Assembly: GCA_963781885.1 (NCBI GenBank)
Contig: CAWAHW010000007.1
Coordinates: 224,001-288,000 of the forward strand
DNA: 64,000 nucleotides
DNA from: an uncultured Spirochaetota bacterium
GTDB lineage: Bacteria; Spirochaetota; Spirochaetia; SZUA-6; Fen-1364
Reading direction: 5' to 3'
Each line of letters opens with the position of its first letter. Position 1 is the first letter of the stretch. The notes below the pieces were generated by a model. The model saw only the letters and a program-made list of their open reading frames with translations, had not been told where the DNA came from and did no database searches. The position numbers and the translations under genes were made by a program. Positions 21,107 to 31,429 of this stretch are shown here, in pieces.

Positions 21107-21895
21107 ACAAGAAGAGGTGCTACGGCAGGCCCCCCGTGGGGGTGGACCTCGCCCAGCTTTCCGGGGCGCTCATCGTGATCGAGGGGCAGGACTCCTCGGG
21201 CCGGTCCACGCAGATCCGCGCGCTCTCCTCGTGGCTGGAGCAGCAGGGCTACGCGGTGGAGCAGGTCGGGCTTCGGCGCTCGGAGCTCGTCACGCCGGAG
21301 CTGGACCGCGCGAAGCAGGGCAACATTCTTTCCCCGCGCACGATGAGCCTCTTTTACGCCACCGACTTCTACGACCAGCTGGAGAACCGGATAGTGCCGG
21401 CGCTGCGCGCGGGATACATCGTCCTGGCCGACCGCTACATCCCCACCCTGGTGGCGCGCGACCTGGTGCGGCGCGGCAACCAGGAATGGCTGGACTCGCT
21501 GTACTCCATGGCGATCGTGCCCGGACGCGGTCTATTTCATCTCCGCCTCCATCGGCAGTCTCGTGGAGAGGAAGCTTTCCTTCCAGTACAACCTCGACTA
21601 CTGGGAGTCGGGCATGGACCTCGGCCTCGCTCCCGACTGGTACGGCAGCTACGTGAGCTACCAGCGCAAGCTGAAACAGGTCTTCGTGCAACTGCAGAAG
21701 CGCTACGGCTACGAGGCCATCGACGGCAACAGGTCGATCGCCGCGGTCCAGCGGGATCTTCGTGCACGGGTGAGCGCAAAGTTGAAGGAGGTATACCCCA
21801 GTGGCCAGAGACAAGCCGATGGAGCGGAACGAGAGGGTGGAGGAGCTGCTGCAGGAGCTGCAGGGGCTGCAGGCGTCGTGGAAGGAAATTCTTGA
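21103..21895 (+). CDS. Thymidylate-kinase-like protein 2 (degenerate P-loop), frameshift ~21523
   Basis: EGQDSSGRST, ADRY, then DYWESGMDLGL in a second frame; paralogue of the upstream gene; ATGA overlap. Confidence 0.8.
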
Positions 21896-22124
21896 GCGCT
21901 ACACGCTGAATGTCCGGTCGCGCTTCGCGGAGATCGCCACAGCGGTCGCCGGCCCTCCCACGGAGGAGGAGACGCACGTGCCCCTCTCGAAGAAGCAGCT
22001 CGACCTGATGCTGCTGGAGCTCCGCACGATCAAGCTCAAGCCCGACAAGGGGAGGGGCAAGGACCTCGCGCGGATCGAGAAGGCACTCGATGACCTCCTG
22101 GCAGCGCATGGCGAGCGCGCCTGA
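21801..22124 (+). CDS. Small helical/coiled-coil hypothetical protein
   Basis: AAGGAGG RBS, amphipathic helices, operonic position between the TMK-like pair and CHAD. Confidence 0.65.
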   Translation: MARDKPMERNERVEELLQELQGLQASWKEILERYTLNVRSRFAEIATAVAGPPTEEETHVPLSKKQLDLMLLELRTIKLKPDKGRGKDLARIEKALDDLLAAHGERA

Positions 22125-23907
22125 AAAGCCGGCCGAATCCTTCCTGATGCCTCCTCTCCAAACCGGGGAGGAGCTTCTCTCGGCGCTGGAGCGGCTGGGT
22201 TATGCGCCGCGCCCGCTCCGCCGCCTGGTCTCCACCTACACGTACCGGGACACGCGCGACGGCGCGCTGCGCGCGGCCGGCCTTGAGCTGCGCCTGCACG
22301 CGGAAGGCGCGCGCTGGCAGCTCCTGGACCGCGGCATGGTCAGCGCGCAGCGCAAGGCTGCCGACTCCACGGACGATGTGCCGGGCGCGGGTCGGCTGGG
22401 GCTCCGCCTGCGCGCCCTTGCCGGCGGCCGGCCCCTGCTTTCCCAGCTTTCGGCCGCCTGCACGGAGACGGTCCATCTCCTTTCGGGTCCCTCGTCGCGG
22501 CCCATGTCGCTCTCCGTCCAGGAGTGGGAGTTCAGCGATCTGCCGGAGAGGAACCATCGCGTGCGCTGCCGCGTGGCGCGCATCGTTTCCTCGCGCGGCG
22601 CGCGCGTCGACATCGACTATCTTGCCGCCCTCCTGCACCGCCATCTCTCCCTCGTGCCGACCCGCACGGGCATCTTCGAGACCGGTCTCGGCCTTCTGGA
22701 GGCACCGCTGCCGGGCGCCGCGGTGCCCGCGACGTATCGACTGAACCGGCGCGACACGCGCGTCACCTCCGCGGCGAAGCTCCTTTCCGCCCAGGCATGG
22801 GCCATGCGGGTGAACACCGCGGGCACCCGTCACGACCGCGACATCGAGTACCTCCATAACCTGCGCGTCGCCACTCGTCGGGCGCGCTTCCTCGTGCGGC
22901 TCTTTCACGACGTGCTGGGCGCTTCACGGGCCGCGGCCCTGCGTGGCGAGCTTTCATGGATCGCGGGGATGCTGGGAGTCGTGCGGGACCTCGACGTTCT
23001 GCTGCAGAATCTGCCCGCGCAGCTCGCCGAGGTCGAGGCTCCGCCGGAGGCCGCGGCCGAGGCGATACGCCTCCTCCGTGCGCGACGGGGCGACGCGTTT
23101 GGACCGATGGTGGCCGCACTTGTTTCGGGCCGGTATCGCGCGCTTCTCATGGACCTGGCGGCGCCGTTGCCGGAGCCTCGCCGCGCCGGCACGGAGGAGG
23201 AGGCAGGAGGGGCGCGGCTGGTCGATTTCGCCCGCCGCCAGATCCGCCGCACGTCCCGACGACTGCTCGCCCTGGGCTCCGGGATAACGAGCGATCCCTC
23301 GCGCGCCGCTGCCCTTGCACCGTCCACGCTCCACCGTGCCCGCATCCTCTTCAAGAGGCTGCGTTACACGTGCGAGTTTTTCCGCCCCGTCCTGGGCGAC
23401 GACATGCGCGGCGCTCTGCGGCGCCTCGTCGCCTGCCAGGACTGCCTGGGCGCGCACCAGGACGCGGTGTCGGCGCTGCGAGCGTTCGAGCGAATTGCGC
23501 GGGAGTCGGACCCGGGCGCATCGCCTGCCATCTATCTCTGCCTGGGAGCGCTCATGCAGCTCCAGCGAAGAATACAGCTCCAGAAGCGCGTCGAGTTCGC
23601 CGGATTGTGGGAGAAGTTTCCGCTTCTGGCGCGCCACATGGAGCGGGGAGGAAAGGAGCCGGGGCATGCCCGTGATCGCGTTGTACAATCTGAAGGGCGG
23701 GGTGGGAAAGACGGCGGCCGCGGTCAACCTCGCGGCGCTGGCCGCCTCCGAAGGCGCAGCGTGCCTTCTGTGGGACCTGGACCCGCAGGCAGCGGCGACA
23801 TTCCACCTGCGCGGGAAGGAAGGCCTGCCGGTGCGGGGCCGCAGGATCCTCCGGAGCAGGGCGGGGGTGGGCGACCTGCCCGCGGCGACCCCGGTTCCCC
23901 GTCTTGA
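22108..23907 (+). CDS. Degenerate CYTH plus CHAD domain protein (polyphosphate-binding)
   Basis: YRDTRDGALRAAGLELR N-part; EYLHNLRVATRRAR, RDLDV, LHRARILFKRLRY, QDCLGAHQD. 3' end uncertain because it overlaps parA by ~240 nt. Confidence 0.87.
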   Translation: MASAPEKPAESFLMPPLQTGEELLSALERLGYAPRPLRRLVSTYTYRDTRDGALRAAGLELRLHAEGARWQLLDRGMVSAQRKAADSTDDVPGAGRLGLRLRALAGGRPLLSQLSAACTETVHLLSGPSSRPMSLSVQEWEFSDLPERNHRVRCRVARIVSSRGARVDIDYLAALLHRHLSLVPTRTGIFETGLGLLEAPLPGAAVPATYRLNRRDTRVTSAAKLLSAQAWAMRVNTAGTRHDRDIEYLHNLRVATRRARFLVRLFHDVLGASRAAALRGELSWIAGMLGVVRDLDVLLQNLPAQLAEVEAPPEAAAEAIRLLRARRGDAFGPMVAALVSGRYRALLMDLAAPLPEPRRAGTEEEAGGARLVDFARRQIRRTSRRLLALGSGITSDPSRAAALAPSTLHRARILFKRLRYTCEFFRPVLGDDMRGALRRLVACQDCLGAHQDAVSALRAFERIARESDPGASPAIYLCLGALMQLQRRIQLQKRVEFAGLWEKFPLLARHMERGGKEPGHARDRVVQSEGRGGKDGGRGQPRGAGRLRRRSVPSVGPGPAGSGDIPPAREGRPAGAGPQDPPEQGGGGRPARGDPGSPS

Positions 23908-24433
23908 TCTGCTGCCTGCGGATTTCTCCCTGCGCCGCCTGGATACCCTGCTTGCGGAGATGAAGAAGCCGCGCAGGAAGATCGCCGAGCTCCTGCGGCC
24001 TCTGCGGAAGACCTACGACGCGATATTCCTGGACTGCCCGCCGGGGATTTCGCTCGTGGCGGAGAATGTCTTTCGCGCGGCGGACCTCATCCTGGTCCCG
24101 CTGGTTCCCACGCCGCTGTGCATGCGGACGTATGAGGAGATCGTGGTCTTCTTTCGGCGCAAGGATCTACCGTCGAGAAAGATCCTCGGCTTCTTTTCCA
24201 TGGTCGAGCAGCGCAAGAAGCTGCACCGCGAGCTCATGGCGCTGTCGAGGGAACGCGATCCGCGTATCTGCGTCGCGACCATTCCCTACAGCTCGGACGT
24301 GGAAAGGCCGTCCCGCTCGGGCCGGCCGATGGTCCTCAGCAGGCCGCGCTCATATGCTGCGCAGTGCTATCGCGCACTCTGGAAGGACGTCCAAGCCGAC
24401 CTCGCGGCCGGCAAAGCGCGTCACGGGCGGTAA
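23666..24433 (+). CDS. ParA/MinD-family ATPase
   Basis: KGGVGKT deviant Walker A, DLDPQ, LDCPP; AAGGAG RBS; no parB nearby. Confidence 0.92.
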   Translation: MPVIALYNLKGGVGKTAAAVNLAALAASEGAACLLWDLDPQAAATFHLRGKEGLPVRGRRILRSRAGVGDLPAATPVPRLDLLPADFSLRRLDTLLAEMKKPRRKIAELLRPLRKTYDAIFLDCPPGISLVAENVFRAADLILVPLVPTPLCMRTYEEIVVFFRRKDLPSRKILGFFSMVEQRKKLHRELMALSRERDPRICVATIPYSSDVERPSRSGRPMVLSRPRSYAAQCYRALWKDVQADLAAGKARHGR

Positions 24434-24473
24434 GCGGGACGGGCGTTTTCCCCACGCCGATGATTCATGTCAT

Positions 24474-25199
<726 letters not shown>

Positions 25200-25203
<4 letters not shown>

Positions 25204-25382
25204 CCCTTTCCCTGCAGGTTGTTCTGCGACAGGTAATACAAGAGCGCTTCGTTGATCACGTGTGCATCCTTGATCCGCGGGGTGTCCCGCCCCGGGTTCT
25301 TGTTGTAGAGCTTGATGTAGCGCTCCAGCCTCTTCCAGTTCGCGGGCACGATCTCCACATGAATGGTCTTTCTCTTACCCAT
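25200..25382 (-). CDS. Small ribbon-helix-helix-like protein (paralogue 1)
   Basis: MGKRKTIHVEIVPANWKRLERY..YN..VINEALLYYL. Confidence 0.65.
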
Positions 25383-25439
25383 GGCAATGGAGGATAGCAA
25401 GAAACTGAACGAAATGCAACACATTTTGAATAATTAAAT

Positions 25440-26567
25440 TCAAAGATTGAATCCTTTCTTCCAGTACATCGACTTCGCCGCCGCGGCAAGGAAGGACCGC
25501 ATCGTCGCGGGGGTGACGTCGCCGATCGTACCGACGCGGAAGGTATCGGCGTGGGAGACCTTGCCGGGATAGATCACGAAGCCGTGCTGTTTCAGCTCGT
25601 TGTAGAAGAGCGGAAACGCATAGGCGGGATCCGTGGGATTGCGGAACGTCATGATGATCGGCGAGCGTATCTCCCGGGGCAGGAAGCAGGCGAATCCCAG
25701 GCGCTCCATCCCCCGTGTGAGCACGTCGGCGTTCGAGGAGTAGCGCTTGAAACGGCGTGCAACGCCGCCTTCCGCCTTCAGCTCGGCGAGCGCCTGGGAG
25801 AAGGCGTGTACCGTGTGGGTGGGCGCCGTGAAACGCCATTTCCCGTGCTTTTCCTCCATCGTCATCCACTGGTCGTGGAGGTCCAGGGAGAGGGAGGGCG
25901 ACCTGCCCTTGCACGCCGCAAGCGCCTCCCGGCGGGCGATCACGAAGCCGAAGCCGGGCACGCCCTGGATGCATTTGTTCGCGCTGCTGATGAGGAAGTC
26001 GATCTTCAGCGCCCCGACGTCCAGGGGAATGCCGCCGAAGCTGCTCATGGCATCCACAATCAGCATGCGGCCGCTTTTCTGCACCGCCTCGGCGATCTGC
26101 GGCAGCGGGTTCAGAAGGCCGGTGGTGGTCTCGCAATGCACCACGGCGACGTGCGTGGTCGTATCGTCTCCTTGCAGGGCGTTCGCGATGGACGCGGGGC
26201 TGCAGGGCTCCGTCTCCGGGAAGCGCAGCATCCGATGCGGAATGCCCAGCCGGGCGGCGATCGTCCCCATCCTTTCCCCGTACGCCCCGTTGGCGGCGAT
26301 CAGGAGCCCCGTCTCCCGCGGCACGACGGTGCCGAGCGTCGCTTCGACGCAGAAAGTGCCCGAGCCCTGCATGAGAACGCTCGTGTAGCCGGCGTGGCCG
26401 GTGGCCAGCGCCGTGAGCTCTACCCGGACGTCCTGCACGACCCTGCCGAAATCCTCGTCCCAGGTGCACCAATCCCGCAACATGGCGGCTTTCACGCTCT
26501 TTGTCGTGCTCAGGGGGCCCGGTGTGAGGAGCACGTAGGGGTTCGCCGGAAGGTCGTCGGGGGTCAT
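25440..26567 (-). CDS. phnW: 2-aminoethylphosphonate-pyruvate transaminase
   Basis: LLTPGPLST, DWCTWD, QGSGT, HCETTTG, DAMSSFG, SSANKCIQGVPG. Confidence 0.96.
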   Translation of the reverse strand: MTPDDLPANPYVLLTPGPLSTTKSVKAAMLRDWCTWDEDFGRVVQDVRVELTALATGHAGYTSVLMQGSGTFCVEATLGTVVPRETGLLIAANGAYGERMGTIAARLGIPHRMLRFPETEPCSPASIANALQGDDTTTHVAVVHCETTTGLLNPLPQIAEAVQKSGRMLIVDAMSSFGGIPLDVGALKIDFLISSANKCIQGVPGFGFVIARREALAACKGRSPSLSLDLHDQWMTMEEKHGKWRFTAPTHTVHAFSQALAELKAEGGVARRFKRYSSNADVLTRGMERLGFACFLPREIRSPIIMTFRNPTDPAYAFPLFYNELKQHGFVIYPGKVSHADTFRVGTIGDVTPATMRSFLAAAAKSMYWKKGFNL

Positions 26568-27430
26568 CGCGCGTCCTCCCGTGATGGCATGTCGCCGCGG
26601 AGGACCCTCTGCTCGATGCGCCGGATCCGCGCCGCGCATTCCTCCAGGTCGTCCGCCACGTAGTGGGCTCCGGACCCGAGAAGGCGCAGCGCGGCCCGCT
26701 CCCGGCGGGAGGCGAGCACTTCCGGGGGGATCGCGGCAAGGTCATCGAGGGAGAGCCCGATCTCGTTCCCGCACTGCACGACCCCGATGGTCCACATGCC
26801 GGCATTGACTCCTTCCCGCATGTCCGCCGGCGTGTCGCCGACCTTCACCATGCGGGAGAGGGGGTAAGCGTTCAGACGCATCGCGTTCTGGTAGCACATC
26901 CAGGGGAAGGGCCGGCCCGCAGGTACATCAGAGGGGCAGATCACCGCGTCGGGCCGGTAGCCCCGGCGCGCCGCCTCCGGCACCAGCACGTCCATGATGG
27001 AGCGGGAATATCCCGTCGTGGACCCTATTGCGATGCCCCGGCCGCGCAGCGCGCCGGTGAGCTCGATGACACCCGGAACGAGCGCGGCATGCTGGCGGAC
27101 GGCGTCCAGGAGGCGCGTCTCCAGCTCCGCGTAGATCTGCTCGACGTCCGCCTCGGTCGGGTCGCCATTGCCCTTCTCTCGCCAGCGCGCCTTCACGACC
27201 GGCCGGGAAAGCAGCGCGCGGATGTGGTCCTTCTTCTCCAGTCCCATCGGTCCGCGCGCTTCTTCCATGGTCAGGACGATCCCCCGTGCGCGGAATGCCT
27301 GGACCATCGACACCGCCGGGGCGAAGCAGCCGAAATCCACCGTCGTTCCCGCCCAGTCGAAGACGACCGCCTGAACGCCCGGCTCGCGCTCGGCTCCACC
27401 CTGGCGCCCGTTCACGATCGAAGGGTTCAT
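26564..27430 (-). CDS. phnX: Phosphonoacetaldehyde hydrolase (phosphonatase)
   Basis: FDWAGTTVDFGCFAP, PMGLEKKDHI (Schiff-base Lys), GRPFPWM, KVGDT. Confidence 0.96.
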   Translation of the reverse strand: MNPSIVNGRQGGAEREPGVQAVVFDWAGTTVDFGCFAPAVSMVQAFRARGIVLTMEEARGPMGLEKKDHIRALLSRPVVKARWREKGNGDPTEADVEQIYAELETRLLDAVRQHAALVPGVIELTGALRGRGIAIGSTTGYSRSIMDVLVPEAARRGYRPDAVICPSDVPAGRPFPWMCYQNAMRLNAYPLSRMVKVGDTPADMREGVNAGMWTIGVVQCGNEIGLSLDDLAAIPPEVLASRRERAALRLLGSGAHYVADDLEECAARIRRIEQRVLRGDMPSREDAR

Positions 27431-27453
27431 GCAGCGCTATTTAAACCTGCAAG

Positions 27454-27537
27454 TGTTAGGTTGCTGTGAAGAAAGGAAAAAAAAGGGCGGAATCGGAATC
27501 AACACATTCTTAACACGGCGCTAAGGGAAAACTAAAC
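27454..27537. promoter_or_regulatory. Pho-box-like repeats of the divergent phnX/phnG promoters
   Basis: Minus strand: TTCACA-N5-CTAACA (27470-27454). Plus strand: TCAACA/TTAACA/CTAAGG/CTAAAC at 27499, 27510, 27521 and 27532. Confidence 0.7.
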
Positions 27538-27557
27538 AAGCCGGTATCCCTTGAGTC

Positions 27558-27971
27558 GTGATGATGGAACATGCGCAGATCGTGGCGGAGGGAAGTCTCG
27601 AAGCGGTGACGAGCATCGCCGAGATGATCGCCGCCCGGCTGCCGGTGCGGCTCCTGAAGCCCCCTGCGCCCGGGATGGTCATGGTACGGCACGTCGACCC
27701 GCTGGAGAACACCTTTTTCCTGCTCGGGGAGGCATTCGTCACCGAGTGCGAGGTGGAGGTGGACGGTCTCCTGGGCTACGGCTGCGTCCTGGGCGGCGGG
27801 AACGAGCATGCGCTGTGCGCCGCGCTCGTGGACGCGGTGGTCGGCGGCGGTCATTCCTTTGCCGCCGAGCTGCGGCCGCTGCTCGAGTCCGAGCAGAAGC
27901 GCATCGAAGAGCGCTGGGACAGGGAAAGCAGGGCAGCCGCCTCCACCCGGGTCAATTTCGAGGTCCGCTAG
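27558..27971 (+). CDS. phnG: C-P lyase subunit PhnG
   Basis: P..GMVMV..F.LGEAFVTECEV, AAASTRVNF. Confidence 0.9.
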   Translation: MMMEHAQIVAEGSLEAVTSIAEMIAARLPVRLLKPPAPGMVMVRHVDPLENTFFLLGEAFVTECEVEVDGLLGYGCVLGGGNEHALCAALVDAVVGGGHSFAAELRPLLESEQKRIEERWDRESRAAASTRVNFEVR

Positions 27972-28589
27972 ATGGGTCCCACGCGCGAGGTGGCCTTCGA
28001 CGAAGTTTTCAGCAGCCAGGCCGTCTTTCGGCGCCTGCTCGACGCGCTCAGCCGTCCGGGCACGATCTTTTCGCTCCCCCCGGTGGCATATACCGGTTCT
28101 CCCCACGGCTTCCCCGTCTCCGCGCTTTCCGTCCTGAAGACTCTCTGCGATCACCGCGTCACGTTTTCCGTGGGCAGGCCGAATGAACGCCGCGCGTGGA
28201 TCTCCTACCTGGAGGTGAATCTCTCGACGCCCTTCCGCCGGCCCGAGGAGGCAGATTTCGTGCTTTTCGACGGCGCAGGGTTCGACGAGGAGTTCGCCTA
28301 CCTGAAGCGGGGGACTCCGGAATTTCCCGAACGTTCGGCAACGGCGCTCCTCTGCGTTGGAGCGCTTGCCGATTTATCCGCTGCCTCGGACGACACCCGC
28401 ACGTTGCACCTGGAAGGGCCCGGCGTGAAAGGCCGTGCGAGCCTATTTGTCGCGGGCCTGGACGGCCGCTACATCGAGGAGCGGGCCCGCGCCAACCGGT
28501 TTGCGCCCATGGGCATCGACTTGATCCTCATCGACCGGGACGCCCGGGTCGCGGGCCTTCCCCGGTCCACGCGCGTGGACGCGGCCTGA
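27972..28589 (+). CDS. phnH: C-P lyase subunit PhnH
   Basis: SQAVFRRLLDALSRPG, GTPEFPERSAT, LEGPGV, PMGID..LPRST. Confidence 0.93.
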   Translation: MGPTREVAFDEVFSSQAVFRRLLDALSRPGTIFSLPPVAYTGSPHGFPVSALSVLKTLCDHRVTFSVGRPNERRAWISYLEVNLSTPFRRPEEADFVLFDGAGFDEEFAYLKRGTPEFPERSATALLCVGALADLSAASDDTRTLHLEGPGVKGRASLFVAGLDGRYIEERARANRFAPMGIDLILIDRDARVAGLPRSTRVDAA

Positions 28590-29680
28590 TGGGGTACGTC
28601 GCGGTCCAGGGTGGCATCACCGCCATCGAGAGCTCGCAGAAACTGAACCGGTACCTGCGCCTGCGCGGCGAAAGCGCGCCCCTGTCCGTGCAGCAGATCA
28701 TGGAGCAGATGGGGCCGCTCGTGGACAGGGTGATGAGCGAAGGCAGCCTCCATTCCCCTTTCCATGCGGCGCTTGCCTTGAAGCAGGCAAGCGGAGACCC
28801 CATCGAGGCGTCGTTTCTCCTCCGCGCGTATCGCTCGACGCTCCGCCGCCTGGTCGACTCGCTGCCGATAAACAGCGGGCAGATGCGGATCCTTCGGCGC
28901 ATCTCCAGCGCCTTCAAGACCATTCCCGGCGGGCAGGTGCTGGGCTCCACGTCGGACTACGAGCAGCGCATCCTCGATTTTTCCCTCGCGGAGGAGACCG
29001 CGGCCACCCAGTGCGAAGCCACGCACGAGTTCGAATCCCTCATCGACGGGATGGAAGAGAGTCTCGATCCCGACCAGTTCCGCAAGGTAGTCGGGATGTT
29101 GCGCGAGCAGGGACTCGTGGCGCCGCTTGCCCCGGCCGGATCGGCGGAGCCCACCGACATCACGCAGGAATCGGCGGAGTTTCCCCTGGACCGCAGCGGC
29201 CGGCTGCAGATGCTCGCCCGCGCGGAAACCGGGGGTCTCCTCGCCCTTGCCTACAGCAGCATGCGCGGCTACGGCAGCGTGCACCCCACGATCGCCGAGC
29301 TGCGCGTCGGGTACGTGCGCGTCCAGATCCCCCATCCCTTCCGCCCGGGCGCAACCGTCACGCTCGGGTCTCTTGAGATCACGGAGGTGGAGATCGTGGC
29401 CTCGGTCCAGCGCTCCGAGCAGGAGGAAAAGCCGGCCTTCAGCCTGGGCTATGGCGCCTGCTTCGGACACAATGAGGTGAAGGCGATTTCGATGGCGGTG
29501 CTGGACCGGGCCATGAAGTCCTCCTCCCCCCACGCCCCGGCGGAGGACCAGGAGTTCGTCCTCCTGCATACCGACGGCATCGAATCGTCGGGGTTCTGCT
29601 CGCACTTCAAGCTCCCCCACTACGTCACTTTCCAGTCGGACCTCGACCGGCTGCGGGACCTCCAGGGGTCCGCGGAATGA
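28589..29680 (+). CDS. phnI: C-P lyase subunit PhnI
   Basis: MGYVAVQGG, RRISSAFKTIPGGQVLG, HPTIAELRVG, HFKLPHYVTFQS. Confidence 0.96.
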   Translation: MGYVAVQGGITAIESSQKLNRYLRLRGESAPLSVQQIMEQMGPLVDRVMSEGSLHSPFHAALALKQASGDPIEASFLLRAYRSTLRRLVDSLPINSGQMRILRRISSAFKTIPGGQVLGSTSDYEQRILDFSLAEETAATQCEATHEFESLIDGMEESLDPDQFRKVVGMLREQGLVAPLAPAGSAEPTDITQESAEFPLDRSGRLQMLARAETGGLLALAYSSMRGYGSVHPTIAELRVGYVRVQIPHPFRPGATVTLGSLEITEVEIVASVQRSEQEEKPAFSLGYGACFGHNEVKAISMAVLDRAMKSSSPHAPAEDQEFVLLHTDGIESSGFCSHFKLPHYVTFQSDLDRLRDLQGSAE

Positions 29681-30570
29681 GTCTTCGCGAGCTCCTGCCG
29701 GCGTCCGGGCCGCTTCGCTACAACTTCGCCTTCATGGACGAAGGAGCGAAGCGGGAGGTCCGACGCGCGCTCCTGAAGGCCGTGGCGCTCCCCGGTCACC
29801 AGGTGCCCTTCGCTTCACCCGAGCTTCCCATTGCGCGGGGATGGGGCACGGGCGGGCTCCAGGTGACGATGTCTCTCATCGGACCCAATGACGTGCTGAA
29901 GATCATCGACCAGGGCTGTGACGGGAGCGTGAACGCGGTGAACCTCCGCAAGCTCCTTGTCGCCACCACCGGTGTGCGCACGACCTTCGACTCGCGGGAG
30001 GCCACGCTGCTGCAGTCGCGCCATCGCCTGCCCGAGATCCCGATGAACGAGGGGCAGATCGCGGTGCTGCAGGTGCCGCTGCCCGAGCCCTTGCGCCTGG
30101 TGGAGCCCAGCGAGGTGGAGACGCGCAGGATGCACGCGGAAGGCGACTACGCCCGCATGTGGGTCTCCCTGTACGAGGACGTCGTGCAAAACGGCGCGAT
30201 CTCGCTGGCCGCGGGCTATCCCTGCCGGGTGAATGGCAGCTACATCATGTCCCCGTCCCCCGTGCCGCGATGGGACCTCCCCATGCTCGATCAGGCATCC
30301 CACCTCACGCTGCTGGGCGCGGGACGGGAGAAGCGCGTCTATGCCGTGCCGCCGTACACGAGCGTCCGGCCGCTCGAGTTCGACGATCTCCCTTTCGAAG
30401 TGGAATCATTCGCCGGCCTGTCCTGCGCGCGCTGCGGATCGACCGGCACCTACCTGGACGAGATCTACGACGAGCGCACGGGGGAGCCGTCGCGCGTCTG
30501 CTCGGACTCCGGTTTCTGCGACCTCGTGCGGGCGGGGGTCATTCCCGCGAAGGGCGGCCCGCATGGCTAG
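29677..30570 (+). CDS. phnJ: C-P lyase radical-SAM subunit PhnJ
   Basis: YNFAFMDE, PGHQVPF, GWGTGG, CARCG...CSDSGFC. Confidence 0.97.
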   Translation: MSLRELLPASGPLRYNFAFMDEGAKREVRRALLKAVALPGHQVPFASPELPIARGWGTGGLQVTMSLIGPNDVLKIIDQGCDGSVNAVNLRKLLVATTGVRTTFDSREATLLQSRHRLPEIPMNEGQIAVLQVPLPEPLRLVEPSEVETRRMHAEGDYARMWVSLYEDVVQNGAISLAAGYPCRVNGSYIMSPSPVPRWDLPMLDQASHLTLLGAGREKRVYAVPPYTSVRPLEFDDLPFEVESFAGLSCARCGSTGTYLDEIYDERTGEPSRVCSDSGFCDLVRAGVIPAKGGPHG

Positions 30571-31417
30571 CGCGCCCGTTGCGGACAGGTCCGTGGTCCT
30601 GAGCGCGCGGAACATCGGCAAGCGCTATGGCCTGGGGTGCGACGTCTGCGAAGACTCCACCGGGCCCGATCGCGGCACGAATGTCTGCCCGCGCTGTGGG
30701 TCGGTCATCGCGCTGCGCGGCGTGAGCTTCGACCTTCGCGAGGCCGAGATACTCGGCATCGTCGGTGAAAGCGGCTCGGGCAAGAGCACGCTCGTGCAGT
30801 GCATCTACTTCGACATCGAATCCACGAAAGGGGAGCTGCGCCTGCGCGATCACGACCCGGACGTGGACGTGCTGAAGCTGGCACGGAATCTCAAGCGGCG
30901 CATCCGCGCGCGCCTCATGGGAATGGTCTATCAGAATCCGCTGCGCGGACTTCGCGTGGACATCACGAGCGGCGCCAACGTGGCGGAGAAGCTGCTTGAA
31001 GCCGACGTCTTTCACTTCGCGCGCATCCGCGCGCGGGCGGGAGAGCTCCTGGCAAAGACCGAGATACCAATGGCGTATATGGACGCCCTTCCCCGCACCC
31101 TCTCCGGCGGCATGCAGCAGCGCATCCAGATCGCCAAGGCGCTTGCGAACAACCCACCGCTCGTCCTTCTGGACGAGGTGACGTCCGGCCTGGACGTGAG
31201 CGTGCAGGCGCGCGTGCTGGACCTGATCCGCGAGCTGCAGCACGAGCTGGCCATCTCCCTGATCGTCGTCTCCCATGACATGGGGGTGATCCGGCTGCTC
31301 GCCGACCGCACGATGGTGCTGAAGAACGGCTGCGTCGTGGAGCAGGGGCTCACGGACCAGATCCTCGAGGACCCCCAGCATGCCTACACCCAGCTGCTCG
31401 TGCATTCGACGCTCTAG
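30563..31417 (+). CDS. phnK: C-P lyase ABC-ATPase PhnK
   Basis: GESGSGKST, LSGGMQQR, EQGLTDQILEDPQHAYTQLLV; CxxC..CxxC insert. Confidence 0.93.
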   Translation: MASAPVADRSVVLSARNIGKRYGLGCDVCEDSTGPDRGTNVCPRCGSVIALRGVSFDLREAEILGIVGESGSGKSTLVQCIYFDIESTKGELRLRDHDPDVDVLKLARNLKRRIRARLMGMVYQNPLRGLRVDITSGANVAEKLLEADVFHFARIRARAGELLAKTEIPMAYMDALPRTLSGGMQQRIQIAKALANNPPLVLLDEVTSGLDVSVQARVLDLIRELQHELAISLIVVSHDMGVIRLLADRTMVLKNGCVVEQGLTDQILEDPQHAYTQLLVHSTL

Positions 31418-31429
31418 GAGGACGCGCAG

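Noticed and set aside
23666-24433. Chromosome or plasmid partition locus
   Set aside because: No parB, rep gene or parS-like palindrome recognised; the gene is embedded in the polyP operon
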